Of a stretch of DNA of 64,000 nt, positions 12,661 through 25,212 are shown piece after piece (positions within the stretch are counted from its first letter, which is position 1; every line of letters begins with the position of its first letter). Source of the stretch: Lingula anatina. Its lineage: Eukaryota > Animalia > Brachiopoda. Below the pieces are notes generated by a model. The model saw only the letters and a list, made by a program, of their open reading frames with translations, made no database searches and was not told where the DNA came from. The DNA lies in assembly GCA_051362555.1 (NCBI GenBank), contig CM120645.1, forward strand, positions 4,898,001 to 4,962,000, read 5' to 3'. The position numbers and the translations under genes are program-made.

Positions 12661-14677
12661 GAAAATAAACTTTTTCATAAACCTATGATGGTGATTGTGG
12701 ATAATTCGTAAAGACAATGTTACTCGTTGGACCCAATATGTTTCCTCGGATATTATAAAAAAGTCAAAACAAAAAGGGATACATAGAACAGGATCTCCAT
12801 TTACCCGATACCAATACAGACTATCGATCAACCATGTTTCTCTTTGTAAAGACAAAATGGAAGCCCCACAACGTAAAGTTAACACAGGAAATCCGTTATA
12901 AAATTAGGTTAAAAAGAGCCATGCCGTAGGGCTGGAAATTCGTAATAAAATGATTAAAAGGACTTTCTATGCCTTGCCTTTGGGCCTACATAAGTGCTTT
13001 TATAAATCTTTAAAAAGCTATGGTTTATATAACTGCTGTTGCATTGATTGATATCCATAACGCTATCAAACTTCAACAAATCTTGACCCAGTTATCCAAT
13101 TTTCTTTGTTCTCTTTTCAGTGTGCCAGTAGTAATGAAGATTGCCCCCCTCAGTTTCACTACGACGTCATTCATAGAGATTGCATACCTTTGCTTCAGCA
13201 ATTTTCTGGGCTGCACACGGACATTGATATTATCTTTTCATTCACTGATTATGAGAACATCCCAATCAATGTTCGCACCAATTACAGATTGATTTGTACT
13301 GAAATTATTTTCAGTTTCAGTATGTTAGGGATAGCTGATTTAGACCAAAGGACAAATATCGCTTGCCAGGCAGTGTTCTCCTCCCAACCATTCTCACAAA
13401 TAGAACTGCTATTAAGATTCTCATTTGAACTAGAAGGTATACAGGCAACATATAAATCTATTGAATCTGCCAAGGCGTCAATGCGAAAAAAATTAACCAG
13501 CATTTTGCCTAAGGTTGACATTTCCCTTGACTTATATTTTGTAGAAAACAAAATAGATATGAACATGCGTGTTGCAAATGATAATCCTACATTTAAAAGT
13601 GCGTCTTGGTCGGAATTAGGCGAGGCATTCAGACTAGCATTCAGTGCCGACTCTTCTTTATGCTCTGTCGTTGTTGTTTCAATGGCAGACGTTACAAACG
13701 TGAAATATGATGCCTTTCATTTTTATTTTGAATATGGCGCAGAAAAAGTCACCATCAACCGGAGTCAAGCTGTTGAATTTGAGGGCAACATATTTATCTG
13801 CAGACAGAGTATTGAAAAGTTCCTAGAATCTATATCCCAAACAGTGAATAATACCAAAGTTATACCAAGGACTGGTAATCTAATTTCCATGACTATTCTT
13901 GAATTTTGGGCTTTACCTTCTATTTCACTAACTATATTTCTGGTTCATCTCATCACCTGCGTTATTCGGTCTGGTTGTAAGAATATTGCAGATGGAATGA
14001 TCGTACACCTCACAATCATATTTCTTTTGGTTCAGTTCTTCTCCTCCCTTCCAGCAATTATCCCCGTGAAAACTGATGGCACTGTGTGCATGGCTTTGAT
14101 AGCTACTGCCCATTTCTTTTGGCTGGTAAGTTTCCTTTGGCTAGCAAGTATGACCTTAACGGCATTACACGGCGTCACAGCCAGTCTGTCTTGGAGCAAA
14201 AGCCCAAAGAGACATCTGTTGGCTTGTATTGGAACTACATATACAATTCCATTGTTGGTGGTGTCGGCTGGAATTGTGTCAGACATGTGGGATGTTGTCC
14301 CGGTGAAAATGCTCTACTGCCAAGGAACATGTTTCTTTGGTAATATCCAATCCTACCTTCTCCTCGTAGTGGCACCTGCCTCACTCGCTGCATTGTTCAA
14401 TGCGGTGATTTGCATTGTTCTGGTTGTGTATAAAAGAGCTGGAAAGTTAACTGCATATGCTGTTTATCCAAACTTACTGAGCATAAGTTCCTGCTATAAG
14501 ATGGTTTTCATGAGCTCTAGTGTAACTTTGACTGGCTGTGTGGGCTTGATCTTTGTAAGCCTGTCGGTAGCATCAGTTGGAGACTTTTGCTACTTGGACT
14601 CTGTATTTAGGTGTCTCCAAGGCATTATCATGCTGGCAGTTACTCTGGCCTTAAGAAACAGCACAGTTCTCCCGTAA
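10833..14677 (+). CDS. Receptor copy A: class-B/Methuselah-/adhesion-like GPCR with SMB-like Cys-rich ectodomain, 973 aa; exons 10833-12069, 12425-12552, 13121-14677
   Basis: Splices A|GTGAGT...CCAG|GA (phase 1) and CCG|GTATGT...TTTCAG|TGT (phase 0) give an uninterrupted 2922-nt CDS. Signal peptide MGKFRVLVTIFLLVMVFLY; SMB-like CFCDKYCHMFDDCC; seven hydrophobic helices with class-B hallmarks (TM3 C..IA..HFFWL.SF.W, TM4 P, ECL2 C, TM5 P......N, TM7 LQG). An alternative ATG lies at 10812. Confidence 0.88.
12608..12660. repeat. (TTA)n microsatellite in intron 2 of copy A
   Basis: Directly visible. Confidence 0.95.
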
Positions 14678-15503
14678 TAGATAAAATGTATCTGAATTGG
14701 AGAATTTAAACGTAGGCCTAAGTGAATCACAGCCATCTTGATGTAAAGTAGCATATCAATTATTGCAGGGAAATTCCAAATCGCACTCCTAGAGCATAGA
14801 CTTTCGCCAAGGTAAAAAGACAAACATTTTTTTGTTCCCATAAGTCTTTGCTCTTGGAGTATTTTATTTATTTTCTTTTGGCATCATGAAAGAATTGATA
14901 TTTTAGCATAAAAATTGTTATTTGGCCAGCGTAGACGTAACATCAAAACTTGCTTTATATTTTTGTTTAATTTATACAAATTTCAACTGACTGTTGAAAC
15001 AGTCCTAATCTTACTTAATTTGGGATGTGAACTCCTAGATCATAGATTTATGCCAAGGTAAAAGACAAACATTTTTTGTTCCCATACGGGTGTGTTCTTG
15101 TGGTGGTTTATTTTATTATTTATTTTTATTTTCATTTATTCATTTATTATCATTTTTGCATTTTGAAAGAATTAATATTTTAGTATAATAATTGTTAGTT
15201 GAAAAACATTAGGCTCGTGGAGTGCTCTGTGAATGCTGCGTTTAATAACGGATATTTATATATTTTTATAAACGAAAAATCGGTAAGAATAGATGAATTT
15301 GATAGTTTTTGAGTCACTTTCAAAATAAACAATAAATATTACAAATTGAGAGCTTGGAATATATTTATAGATCGTGGTTTTATCAAAGGTTTTGGATAAG
15401 GTAGCGGAAAAAGGGAATGTTTGAAATATATCCAGGAAAATGCACTAATTACTACCTAGGGGATCAGTTAGCGTAGACCTAATATCACAACGCACATAGC
15501 GTG

Positions 15504-15504
<1 letters not shown>

Positions 15505-15572
<68 letters not shown>
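15505..15572. repeat. (TA)n microsatellite
   Basis: Directly visible. Confidence 0.95.
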
Positions 15573-15573
<1 letters not shown>

Positions 15574-16877
15574 CAGTGAATGTGTAAGTAAAATTCATAT
15601 TTGTGATTGATAGAGTGCTTACTGTTAGTACATGTAACATATTATAGTCAGAAGTTCATTTGTGTCGCAAATGTACCGCAAGCTCTGGGAAGCTGTATAT
15701 GTTTTTGAAAATCTTCAAGGTAAACAGAAAACCTATAGTTGAGATGAACAATATCAACATGGATTTAAATTCAATTACTACCTAGAAGTCAGTTGTCTTG
15801 GACCTAATTCACAACTTGCTTTACGTTCTTTTCAAATTTATCCAAAATTCAACTAGCTGTTGACACAGTCCTTATCTTACTTAGGATGTGAACCCTTATG
15901 TACGAGCGCCCAAGAATTGTTTTACAAACGTAATTGATGTCTTAGTTCTTATTGTTAATTCATGATATCTACAGGTAGCGGTATATGTTGATACAATATC
16001 TTGGTAGCAATTGTAAACAAGTCACGAGGACACCTTAAATACGTTAATAGATTTAGAGGCAGATTTTCCCTCCCAATTTTGATGGTAATATGCTCCAGTA
16101 AAGTATTTAATGATTTTATGTAAAGAAACAGATAAATATCATATTTATCATAAGCAAGTTGTAATGGAATTCCTTGCTTTTATTTAAAATTATTGTAAAC
16201 TAAATCATGTTGAATTTTATCTATTGATTGTTTATTATTTTAGCATAAAACTTTTTGGCAGTCCAATTAGACAGGTAATTAAAGGTTGTCGTCATTGTGC
16301 AAAATTAATTCTTTTTTTTCTTTTTTTGTACTATATTAATAGCACTGCCAGTAACTGTTTCATATCTTAAATAGAAATAATGTCAAAATATTCATTATTT
16401 GCTAAATTTAAAGATAAACTGATAACGCGTTTAGTTCGTACATGTAGCGCTAATTTTTGCTGTATCACTATGATTTCTTCTTAAGCGCTACAGATTTTCA
16501 TGGTTTATTTCTCGATCAATTTCTTTATTTATCTTTAATAACTATTGTCATCAGCACTGTTGGTATTTAAGTGAAGTTGGTATATCGTCGTATGACAAAA
16601 TAAAGAAACTCAGTTTCAATAATGCCTTGACTTTCAAATTCAACTGACGGCGCCATAATCAAGAATGGCAAGACCAGCAAAAATTGTTCTGATACAACGA
16701 CGACTAAGCATACCCAATGATAGACTAAGAAAAGGAAAATAGTTGAAGAAATTTTGATCGGTGTTAAAAGGTCATAATAACAATTACATTTATGTGAAAA
16801 TATAATATAACAATCCATCACCAAGAACCGACCCAACCCCAGCTTTCTTAAGTCTTATCCATTTATTTGAACCTTTT

Positions 16878-16880
<3 letters not shown>

Positions 16881-16954
<74 letters not shown>
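16881..16954. repeat. (TA)n microsatellite
   Basis: Directly visible. Confidence 0.95.
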
Positions 16955-16955
<1 letters not shown>

Positions 16956-17450
16956 TTTCTTCTCTTTACCTGTACTTGTTAGAACGCCTTTATAAATGTA
17001 AAACTTTTCGTGCTCAATAAAAATGATTATTATTATTAAGGTCCATTCACATCCTGATAAGCGGACTATCAATAAACCCCCATTACTTGAGTGATGCAAG
17101 ATTTCCTAAAAGTTTTTTCTACTTATTTAGTTGTGAAATTACATCATATTGTGCGCCTAAACAGCACCGCGTACTTGAATAACAGTAAAATTCTTTCACC
17201 TAAAATTCGAGACGCAGTTTCCGACTTTTATTTTTGGATCATTAAACTCTGGTTCTGAATATAAACGCCACATTACGACTTGGTTACAATTTTTAAAAAT
17301 ATATCGGGATACATCTACGCTAAGCCACAAGCACTGTAAAATGCTTTTCAAACTAGCAAATTTTAAGATAATTTCTAAAGTGTCTGTCACTGGATCATTG
17401 CTTCAGTCGCTTCTGCCAAATTTTTTGCTGCATTTCAAAAAAAAAGAGCC

Positions 17451-17451
<1 letters not shown>

Positions 17452-17514
<63 letters not shown>

Positions 17515-17516
17515 TG
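17452..17516. repeat. poly(T) followed by (TG)n
   Basis: Directly visible; lies in the spacer between the inverted A and B units. Confidence 0.9.
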
Positions 17517-18194
17517 AGCCGTCTGAAGCATACTTAGTCCGGGACATAAGTTATTTTATTAAAATGTCACTTGGTACAAATGGGCAAATTTAGCATGAAA
17601 AAAAGCCAAGATATGTAACTACACCATAAAAGAGAATAAGCCAAGTTAAATTGTACCTTATTGTACCAACGCAATGTACATTCGGTTTTGGAGTGCACCC
17701 TCCTTGGTTATGGATCTTCTCCATAGTGTTTAAAGGAAGTGAGCTATAGGTAGATGCAGACAGGGCCAAAACCAGTAAAAAGGCACCAGATTCAAATGAG
17801 GGGTATTCTGGGATTGATCCGTTGATGATCCGTGGTTAGTTTGCTGGTGTTGCCGTATTTGATTATGTTGAAGTTGTAAGCCAGGACTGTTGAAATTATA
17901 ACTTTCTTTATTAGGCCTTCATTAAAAAATGCTGATAACATTAGTAATTAATGATAAATAAAGAAATTGAATGAGAAATAAACCACGATAAATCTGCAAT
18001 GCTATACAATAAATCATGGCAATGCAGCAATTTTGCGCTACATCTACGAACTACATGTAGCAAAGAAAATATTAAGAATAATCTTTATTGAAATATGGTA
18101 ACCCCAAAGGTTGAATTTATACATCATTATTTTTTACTTTAAATCAAATTAAGTCAAAGGAAGACTGGTCATTTTGGCCCTGTTTCATACTTTA

Positions 18195-18300
18195 GGTTGT
18201 CGCTCTCGCCTCCTTGGGGAGCATACAGCCCGGCTGCCGTATTAGGCGCTCAGAGCTAGCAAACGTACCATTTCTTACCACTGGTAGACCAGACCCCTGC
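18195..18300 (-). mobile_element. SINE central-domain fragment
   Basis: The reverse complement contains GCGCC...GGCAGCCGGGCTGTATGCTCCCCAAGGAG, which resembles a conserved core of invertebrate tRNA-derived SINEs (subfamily not assigned). It is a GC-rich island not seen in the paralogous flanks. Confidence 0.5.
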
Positions 18301-19338
18301 TTCAAACCCACAAAATGGGAAAAACGATTTTGATAAGTTATGCACAATGACGCCAACTTTTCATTTTCTAATTGAACTGTTATTAAGTTTTATGCTAAAA
18401 TTATAACAATATATAAATAAATAAATTCCACATTATTTTTCACAATGACGCCAACTTTTTATTACCTGTCTAATTGGACTGCCAAAAATGTTTATGCTAA
18501 AATGATAACAACATATAAATTCAGAAAATTCCACATGGTTTTGTTTGCGATTATTTTACAACATCAAATAAAAACATAGATTAGATTTAATGAAAAACAA
18601 GGAATTAGTATAAATCTTGCTACTAGGAAGTAATTGAATTTGTATATATATTGACATTATTCATATCAACTAAAGGTGTATACATTGATTATTTAAAAAA
18701 CATATATAGCTACACAGAGATTGCAGTTCCTTTTTTACATGTACCTAACAGTAACCATTCTAATAATCACAAATATGAATAATTACATGAATAATAATAA
18801 AAACTTCCACATTCACTCTTATAGATAAATATAAAGCACGCCATATATCTTGTAACTTAATATAGCAAAATAGTGAATTTCCCAAGAAATTTCAATAATA
18901 TTCCCTTATTGCAATACCTTATCCAAAACCTTTGATAAAACCACGGATCTAAAAATCTGTTTCCAAGTTCTTAATTTCTCCATTATGAGAGTCACTCCAA
19001 AACTAACAACTGTCTATTCCTCCTGGTTCTTCATTTTATAAAGAATATCCATTATTAAACGCCGCAACCACAGAGCACACCACGAGCCTGTTTTTCAACT
19101 ACCATTTTTATACTAAATTATCAAATATTTTATGGAGAAAAAAAAAATTAATTAATTAATTAAGGAACACAGTTTATGGAAATGAAAAATGTTTGCCTTT
19201 TTACTTTGGCATAAATCTATGCTCTTGGCGTGCCCCTTTGGCTGTGCCATGTAATAATTGATATGCTAGTTAACCTGAAGTTAGCAATGATTCACTTAGC
19301 CCATGTTGAAACTCTCCAATTCAGATACATTGTATCTA

Positions 19339-22078
19339 CTATGGGGGAACCGTGTTTCTTCTTAAGGCCAGAGTAACTGCCAGCATGATAATGCCTTGGA
19401 GACACCTAAATACAGAGTCCAAGTAGCAAAAGTCTCCAACTGATGCTACCGACAGGCTTACAAAGATCAAGCCCACACAACCAGTCAAGGTTACACTAGA
19501 GCTCATGAACACCATCTTATAGCAGGAACTTATGCTCAGTAAGTTTGGATAAACAGCATACGCTGTTAACTTTCCAGATCTTTTATATACAACCAGAACA
19601 ATGCATACCACTGCATTGAACAATGCAGCCAGTGAGGCCGGTGCTATTACGAGGAGAAGGTAGGATTGGATATTACCAAAGAAACATGTTCCTTGGCAGT
19701 AGAGCATTTTCACTGGGACAACATCCCACATGTCTGACACAATTCCAGCCGACACCATCACCAATGGAATTGTATATGTAGTTCCAATACATGCCAATAG
19801 TTGTCTCTTTGTGCTTTTGCTCCAAGACAGACTGGCTGTGACGCCGTGTAATGCCGTTAAGGTCATACTTGCTAGCCAAAGGAAACTTACCAGCCAAAAG
19901 AAATGGGCAGTAGCTATCAAAGCCATGCACACAGTGCCATCGGTTTTCACGGAGATCATTGCTGGAAGGGAGGAGAAGAACTGAACCAAGAGAAATATGA
20001 TTGTGAGGTGTATGATCATTCCATCTGCAATATTCTTACAACCAGACCGAATAACACAGGTGATAAGATGAACCAGAAATATAGTCAGTGAAATGGAAGG
20101 TAAAGCCCAAAATTCAAGAATAGTCATGGAAATTAGATTACTAGTCCTTGGTATAATTTTGGTATTATTTACTATTTGGGATATAGATTCTAGGAACTTT
20201 TCAATACTCTGTTTGCAGATAAATATGTTGCCCTCAAAAGCGATAACTCGACTTCGGTCAATGGTGACTTTTTCCGTGGCATATTCAAAATGAAAATTAA
20301 AGGCATCATATTTTACGTCTGTAACGTCTGTCATTGAAACAACAATGACAGAGCATAAAGAAGAGTCTGCATTATGAGTTCGTCTTAATGCCTCACCTAT
20401 TTTCGACCAAGACGCAGTTTTGAACTCAGGGTTATCATTTGAAACACGCATGGTCATATCTATTTTGTACTTACTAGAATATAAATTAAGTGTTAAGTTA
20501 GCTTCAGGCAAAATACTGGTTAATTTTTTTCGAATTGACGCCCCTGTAAATTCAATAGTTTCAAATGTTGCCCGTTTACCTTCTAGTTCAAATGAGAAGG
20601 TAACTAGCACTTCTATTTGTGAGAAGGGTTTGGAGGAGAACACTGCCAGGCAACCGAGTTTTGTCCTGCGGTTTAAATTAGCTATTCTGAATCTGTACTT
20701 TATTTCAGAACAAAGGAATCTGTGATTGGTGTAAACATTGATTGGGATGTTCTCATAATCATTGAATGTGAAGATAATATCAATGTCCGTGTGCACCCCT
20801 GAAAATTGCTGAAGCAAAGGTATACAATCTCCGTGGATGACATCGTAGTTAAACTGACGGGGGCAGTCTGCATCACCACTGGCACACTGAAAAGAGAATG
20901 AAAAGGCGGATACTTGGGTTGAGAATTGTAAAAATATGATACCATGATGGATAATAACCAATGCAACGGCAATTTTATATTCAATAGCCTTTCTAAGATT
21001 TAAAATGCACTAATAGGTGAGTTCAAAGGCAAGACAATTCTTTAAATCAAATATTTTTTATGACGGATTTCCAGCCCAACGAGAAGCAAGGATGACTGAC
21101 AGTCACTGTATTTGTATCGGGTAAATGAAGATCCCTTTTTGTTATGCCTTAATTCTTACAATAACCGAGAAACACAAACGGCAAAATGAAGTCAAAGCAA
21201 CAAAAACAACAGACTGATGAAGTTCAGATCTGCAGGTAGATCAATGAATAACATGGTGAAATCTTGTGTACTCTGGATAAGTGTTATAAAAGTACTTTAG
21301 CATTTTAATTCAACAGCTGTAATATTGTTCTCACTAACATCTTGGTGGTGAACAGTCGTCATATCACCTGAAATATATTATAATGTAGAGCGTCCATTTT
21401 CTCTTGGAGCAAAAATCCCATAGATACTTTGGAGTATATGTACAAGTATACACTGTTGCAATAAGCGGTAAGGATTTTAAATCCCCACCTTCAGTATTCA
21501 AATATGGCCTATATGTGGTGATGTACAGTCCTTTTATCTAGAGTTTGCAATGTGTAACATCGTCCTGAGAACAATCACTATTTTTTATATAGAATATATT
21601 TTAAAAAACGTATGTGATTATTTGATTGCCAAACTCAGTGGCCCCTGTATAATATAATATACGTACCAGGTCGGAGCTGATCTGAGAGCGTTGTGAAACT
21701 CTGCAATGGTACATGTTGTTTTCTTTAGCCAGTATCGTACCAACAGATAGAAATGAAGTGAAGCCCGAAGGATTGTACCCATATCCAGGATCCCCTGGCA
21801 ATGTATGATTGGAAATGTGCCAAATATTAACTGACATTTAAAACCTTTTCCAGTACAAGATACAAAAGATAATGTGTGTGTGCATGTGCATGTGTGCGTG
21901 TGTGTGCGCATGTGCGTGTACATGTGTGTGTTTGTGTGAAAGAGAGAGATATAAAAAGCTTATATCCAAAATAGCATAGAATAGCATTATCTACAACTGT
22001 GTCAAATGTTATGCTTGTAGGTAAAAATGCACAATACAACATTTTTTTCTGCACCAAATTCTTGGAGTATTAGTGTGT

Positions 22079-22114
<36 letters not shown>

Positions 22115-23566
22115 AAAGAGCAGTTTCATCCTCATTATAAAAAAATAAGAAAAACATATTAAAAAACACGTTCAGCCATATTTAAACATGCTTTAAAAAA
22201 TTAGACCAATCTCTCGTTGTTCCCTAAAAATGGAAAATTAATACTTTTCGAATTGCTAAAATGATGTACACTTTTCATTTATCTCATTCAGAAAAAAATT
22301 GTTAAATACACGAAGAACAATATATAGATGTTTGTACTCACTGTTATTCAGACAGCTAGCTGTTCCGTCAAAGTAAGAACCATCCCAACAAAGAAAACAG
22401 AAAAAATTCTTAAAGAGTCTCCTTTGCAAGTTTACGACATTAGTTGGTCCTTCAAAGCACAAATCCACCAATGCGTCATATGAAATACCCGTATTGACAC
22501 CTTTCCAATAAAAAAAGTCAAAGTCTTTTACATTCGGGCACTTCACTAGCATTGCTTTATTTTCTTCAGTCACACACAGACGCATGGCCAAATCTCTTGT
22601 AGAAAAAAAGTTGATAAAGCAATCTGAGTCGGTCTTCAAAACTTCTCGAATGGCTTCATCTGCAGTTGACATGTTTTGGAATTTCTGTGGGCCTTCAAAA
22701 TAACAGCCTATAGTGGCATTCCAAGGATTAATGTTGGAGATATTGTGACATTGTGTACAGAATATATTCTTAAAAGAGAGTCCAGACACTTCGTCGTACA
22801 CAGGGGTATAATGTAAGGCGAGGCCTGTCATATTGGGACTGTTACTTTCACACTTCATCCGAATGCCTGCATCCTTCCAATTTTCTGGGCATGTCGAGAC
22901 AAACCAAAAATAGGTCGGGTTGGTCTCTGAATTTGCCAGAGGAGCTTTCAGGCATTTCATTTGAGGTAGGGTAATATTTCGGTTGATAGTTTGCTCTCTG
23001 TGGTTTGAAGTACAGTCCCGCTCCGTTAGCCAACAACAATCATCAAACATGTGGCAGTATTTGTCACATGAACACTGTATTTGGAAAAACCTCTCAGTTT
23101 GAAAAATTTTAGGAAGACAAAATTGAACATTTGGTTTTGGAATTGGGATAATATTGGTAATCTCAGCTGGACTCGTATTGGAACCAAGGGTAGCTACTGT
23201 GCTCAATGCAGGTGTAACGTCATTATTTTTGGTTTGATTTGGAGTGGCATCTGGAAAATCAGCCATGCCATCGGCCAATAAATGACGCCGAAACCAGGGC
23301 TCAGAAAAATCTGAACTTTGGATTGGGCGTCTTTGGCTATTTCTTTTTACCCTTGTTCTTGATTTGTTCCCCTCAGGTTTGGCTTCCGCATTCCATTCCC
23401 TTCGAAGATACTCTCTCCTGTCTTTCATTAAAGGTGGATTTCTTTTTTTTACCACTTCCAAACTTGCTGTCGATTTTCCTTTTGGCGTCTGTTTGATAGT
23501 TTTTGAATGAAAAAGGAAAACCATAACCAGGAGAAAAGATGTAACAAGCACTCTAAATTTCCCCAT
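19339..23566 (-). CDS. Receptor copy B, 966 aa; exons 23566-22342, 21794-21667, 20886-19339
   Basis: Same exon phases and 128-nt middle exon as copy A; intact 2901-nt CDS; SMB-like CSCDKYCHMFDDCC and full 7TM. Confidence 0.88.
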
Positions 23567-25104
23567 TGGAAATTGCAAAATCGCTGCCAACGAAAGTTTG
23601 CCTTGTCAATACAAAATGTAAATTTTCCCGATTTGAACAGGAAGCAAATTTCTGATGATTGGAAGCAACAGAATGATTTAAATAGTTTTCGGTCGCTAAT
23701 TCATAACTTTGAAACAGACAATATGTAATTAGTTTACTTTAACTTAAAATGCTTCCTTAAACGTTGTTTGGCTTGGTTATTATCTTGTTACCACGAAGAC
23801 TGAGCGCATCTTGGAAGGGTCCATTGATTAGAACTCACCTTTCATAAGTAGAATGAGAAATACTTAATTTATGTTTTTTTTTAAATTTTATTTACAATTT
23901 TTATAATTGTGTTTATTCATTTATTTTAATTATATTTTTTTGCAAAAATTCAGAGTATTTGACATACAGGTACAGGTGTATCCTTACCCACACCTTTTTA
24001 AGGTCTTGTCAAGTTTGGATGTTTCATTATTCTTAATCATTATATGACCAATGTGCCACATGAAGTCATTAAGTGCTAGAAAATAAACCTTCATAACATT
24101 TTGCAATAATCAAGTTTCTTCGCTGACGAGTTTAATTGTTGAAGTCGTGCAAGTGAAAAGCAGTGATTATATTGGTGGCCAAATTAGTCTCTTTGCTTGA
24201 TTTTCATTGGCATCTGGTTGCATAAGAAGTGATGAGAGCTAGGAAAATTAACTTAACAGCTATGCCCTCTAACTGAGCTATCATTTAAGATGGAGTTGGT
24301 CTGAAACTGCCAATTTCTGCCGAAACGTACAGAACTTCACTTTGTCCTCATTAACTACAAACCACCTACAGTATTATCGAGACAGTAAGTCAAAATTGGA
24401 TGTTGTTTTAAACTCAACCGTTTTGGGGTTATTAGTGGATTTTAAAACAAGCGTAGTTAATTTAAAATAAGCGTGGTCCAATATATTATAATTCCAATAT
24501 ATAGTTTCATACGATATGTATCTTTATTTAATGGAATTTTGCTGCAGGCGATCTAATGCAGTATGCAGTGAGCAAAAGGTTTCTATATAGTTCATATTGT
24601 TTGCATGCACTAAGGTATATTGCAAGTGTGCAGTTAATATAATAATAGTTTGTACAAATGGCAAACAAATTAAACAGATGTGAACGTTAACCAGAGGTTT
24701 TTGTTATTTCTCTTAATATATTTCTGCTTTTTTGAAAGAAATTATGCAATAAATGAAATGCTGCTGAAATCACTAGAAACGAACTTTTTTGAGCTCACTT
24801 GATGTAGGATGAGACGTAGAGTTGACAGGACAAGCAATCCTCAGAGCCATAGAAAAATTTCACCGAACAACCGAATTATTGCCAATATTGGTAATACAAA
24901 GGGTCAGTACACATAAGGGGTTTAATAAATGTAGTTTTTGGTTACTATAAGTAACCATATGCATTAACAACTTTACGGCTGTTTCACAATCAGGGTAAAG
25001 AATTGAAATGTGGTTAATGTTACAATTGTCTGAAAAATTAGCATTTTATGGTTGGAGATTGGTGAAACACTGATATAGAAGAAATTGCTCAGAGGAGCAA
25101 AATA

Positions 25105-25212
25105 TTCTCGCTCGGAGAATTCAAACGAGCTCTAATAGTTTCAGGGCTGCTGAATTCTTAGGAATGGTCTAGCCCTCATCTGCCAGCGTTTAACTTCTTA
25201 GTCCACGCCTTT
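25105..25212 (-). mobile_element. Degenerate tRNA-derived SINE head
   Basis: The reverse complement shows an A-box-like GTGGACTAAGAAGTTAA and a B-box-like GTTTGAATTC; weak match. Confidence 0.25.

Noticed and set aside
14032-14343. 84-85 aa overlapping and antisense ORFs recurring in every receptor copy
   Set aside because: Shadow frames that recur only because the 7TM nucleotide sequence is nearly identical among paralogs; no independent coding signal.
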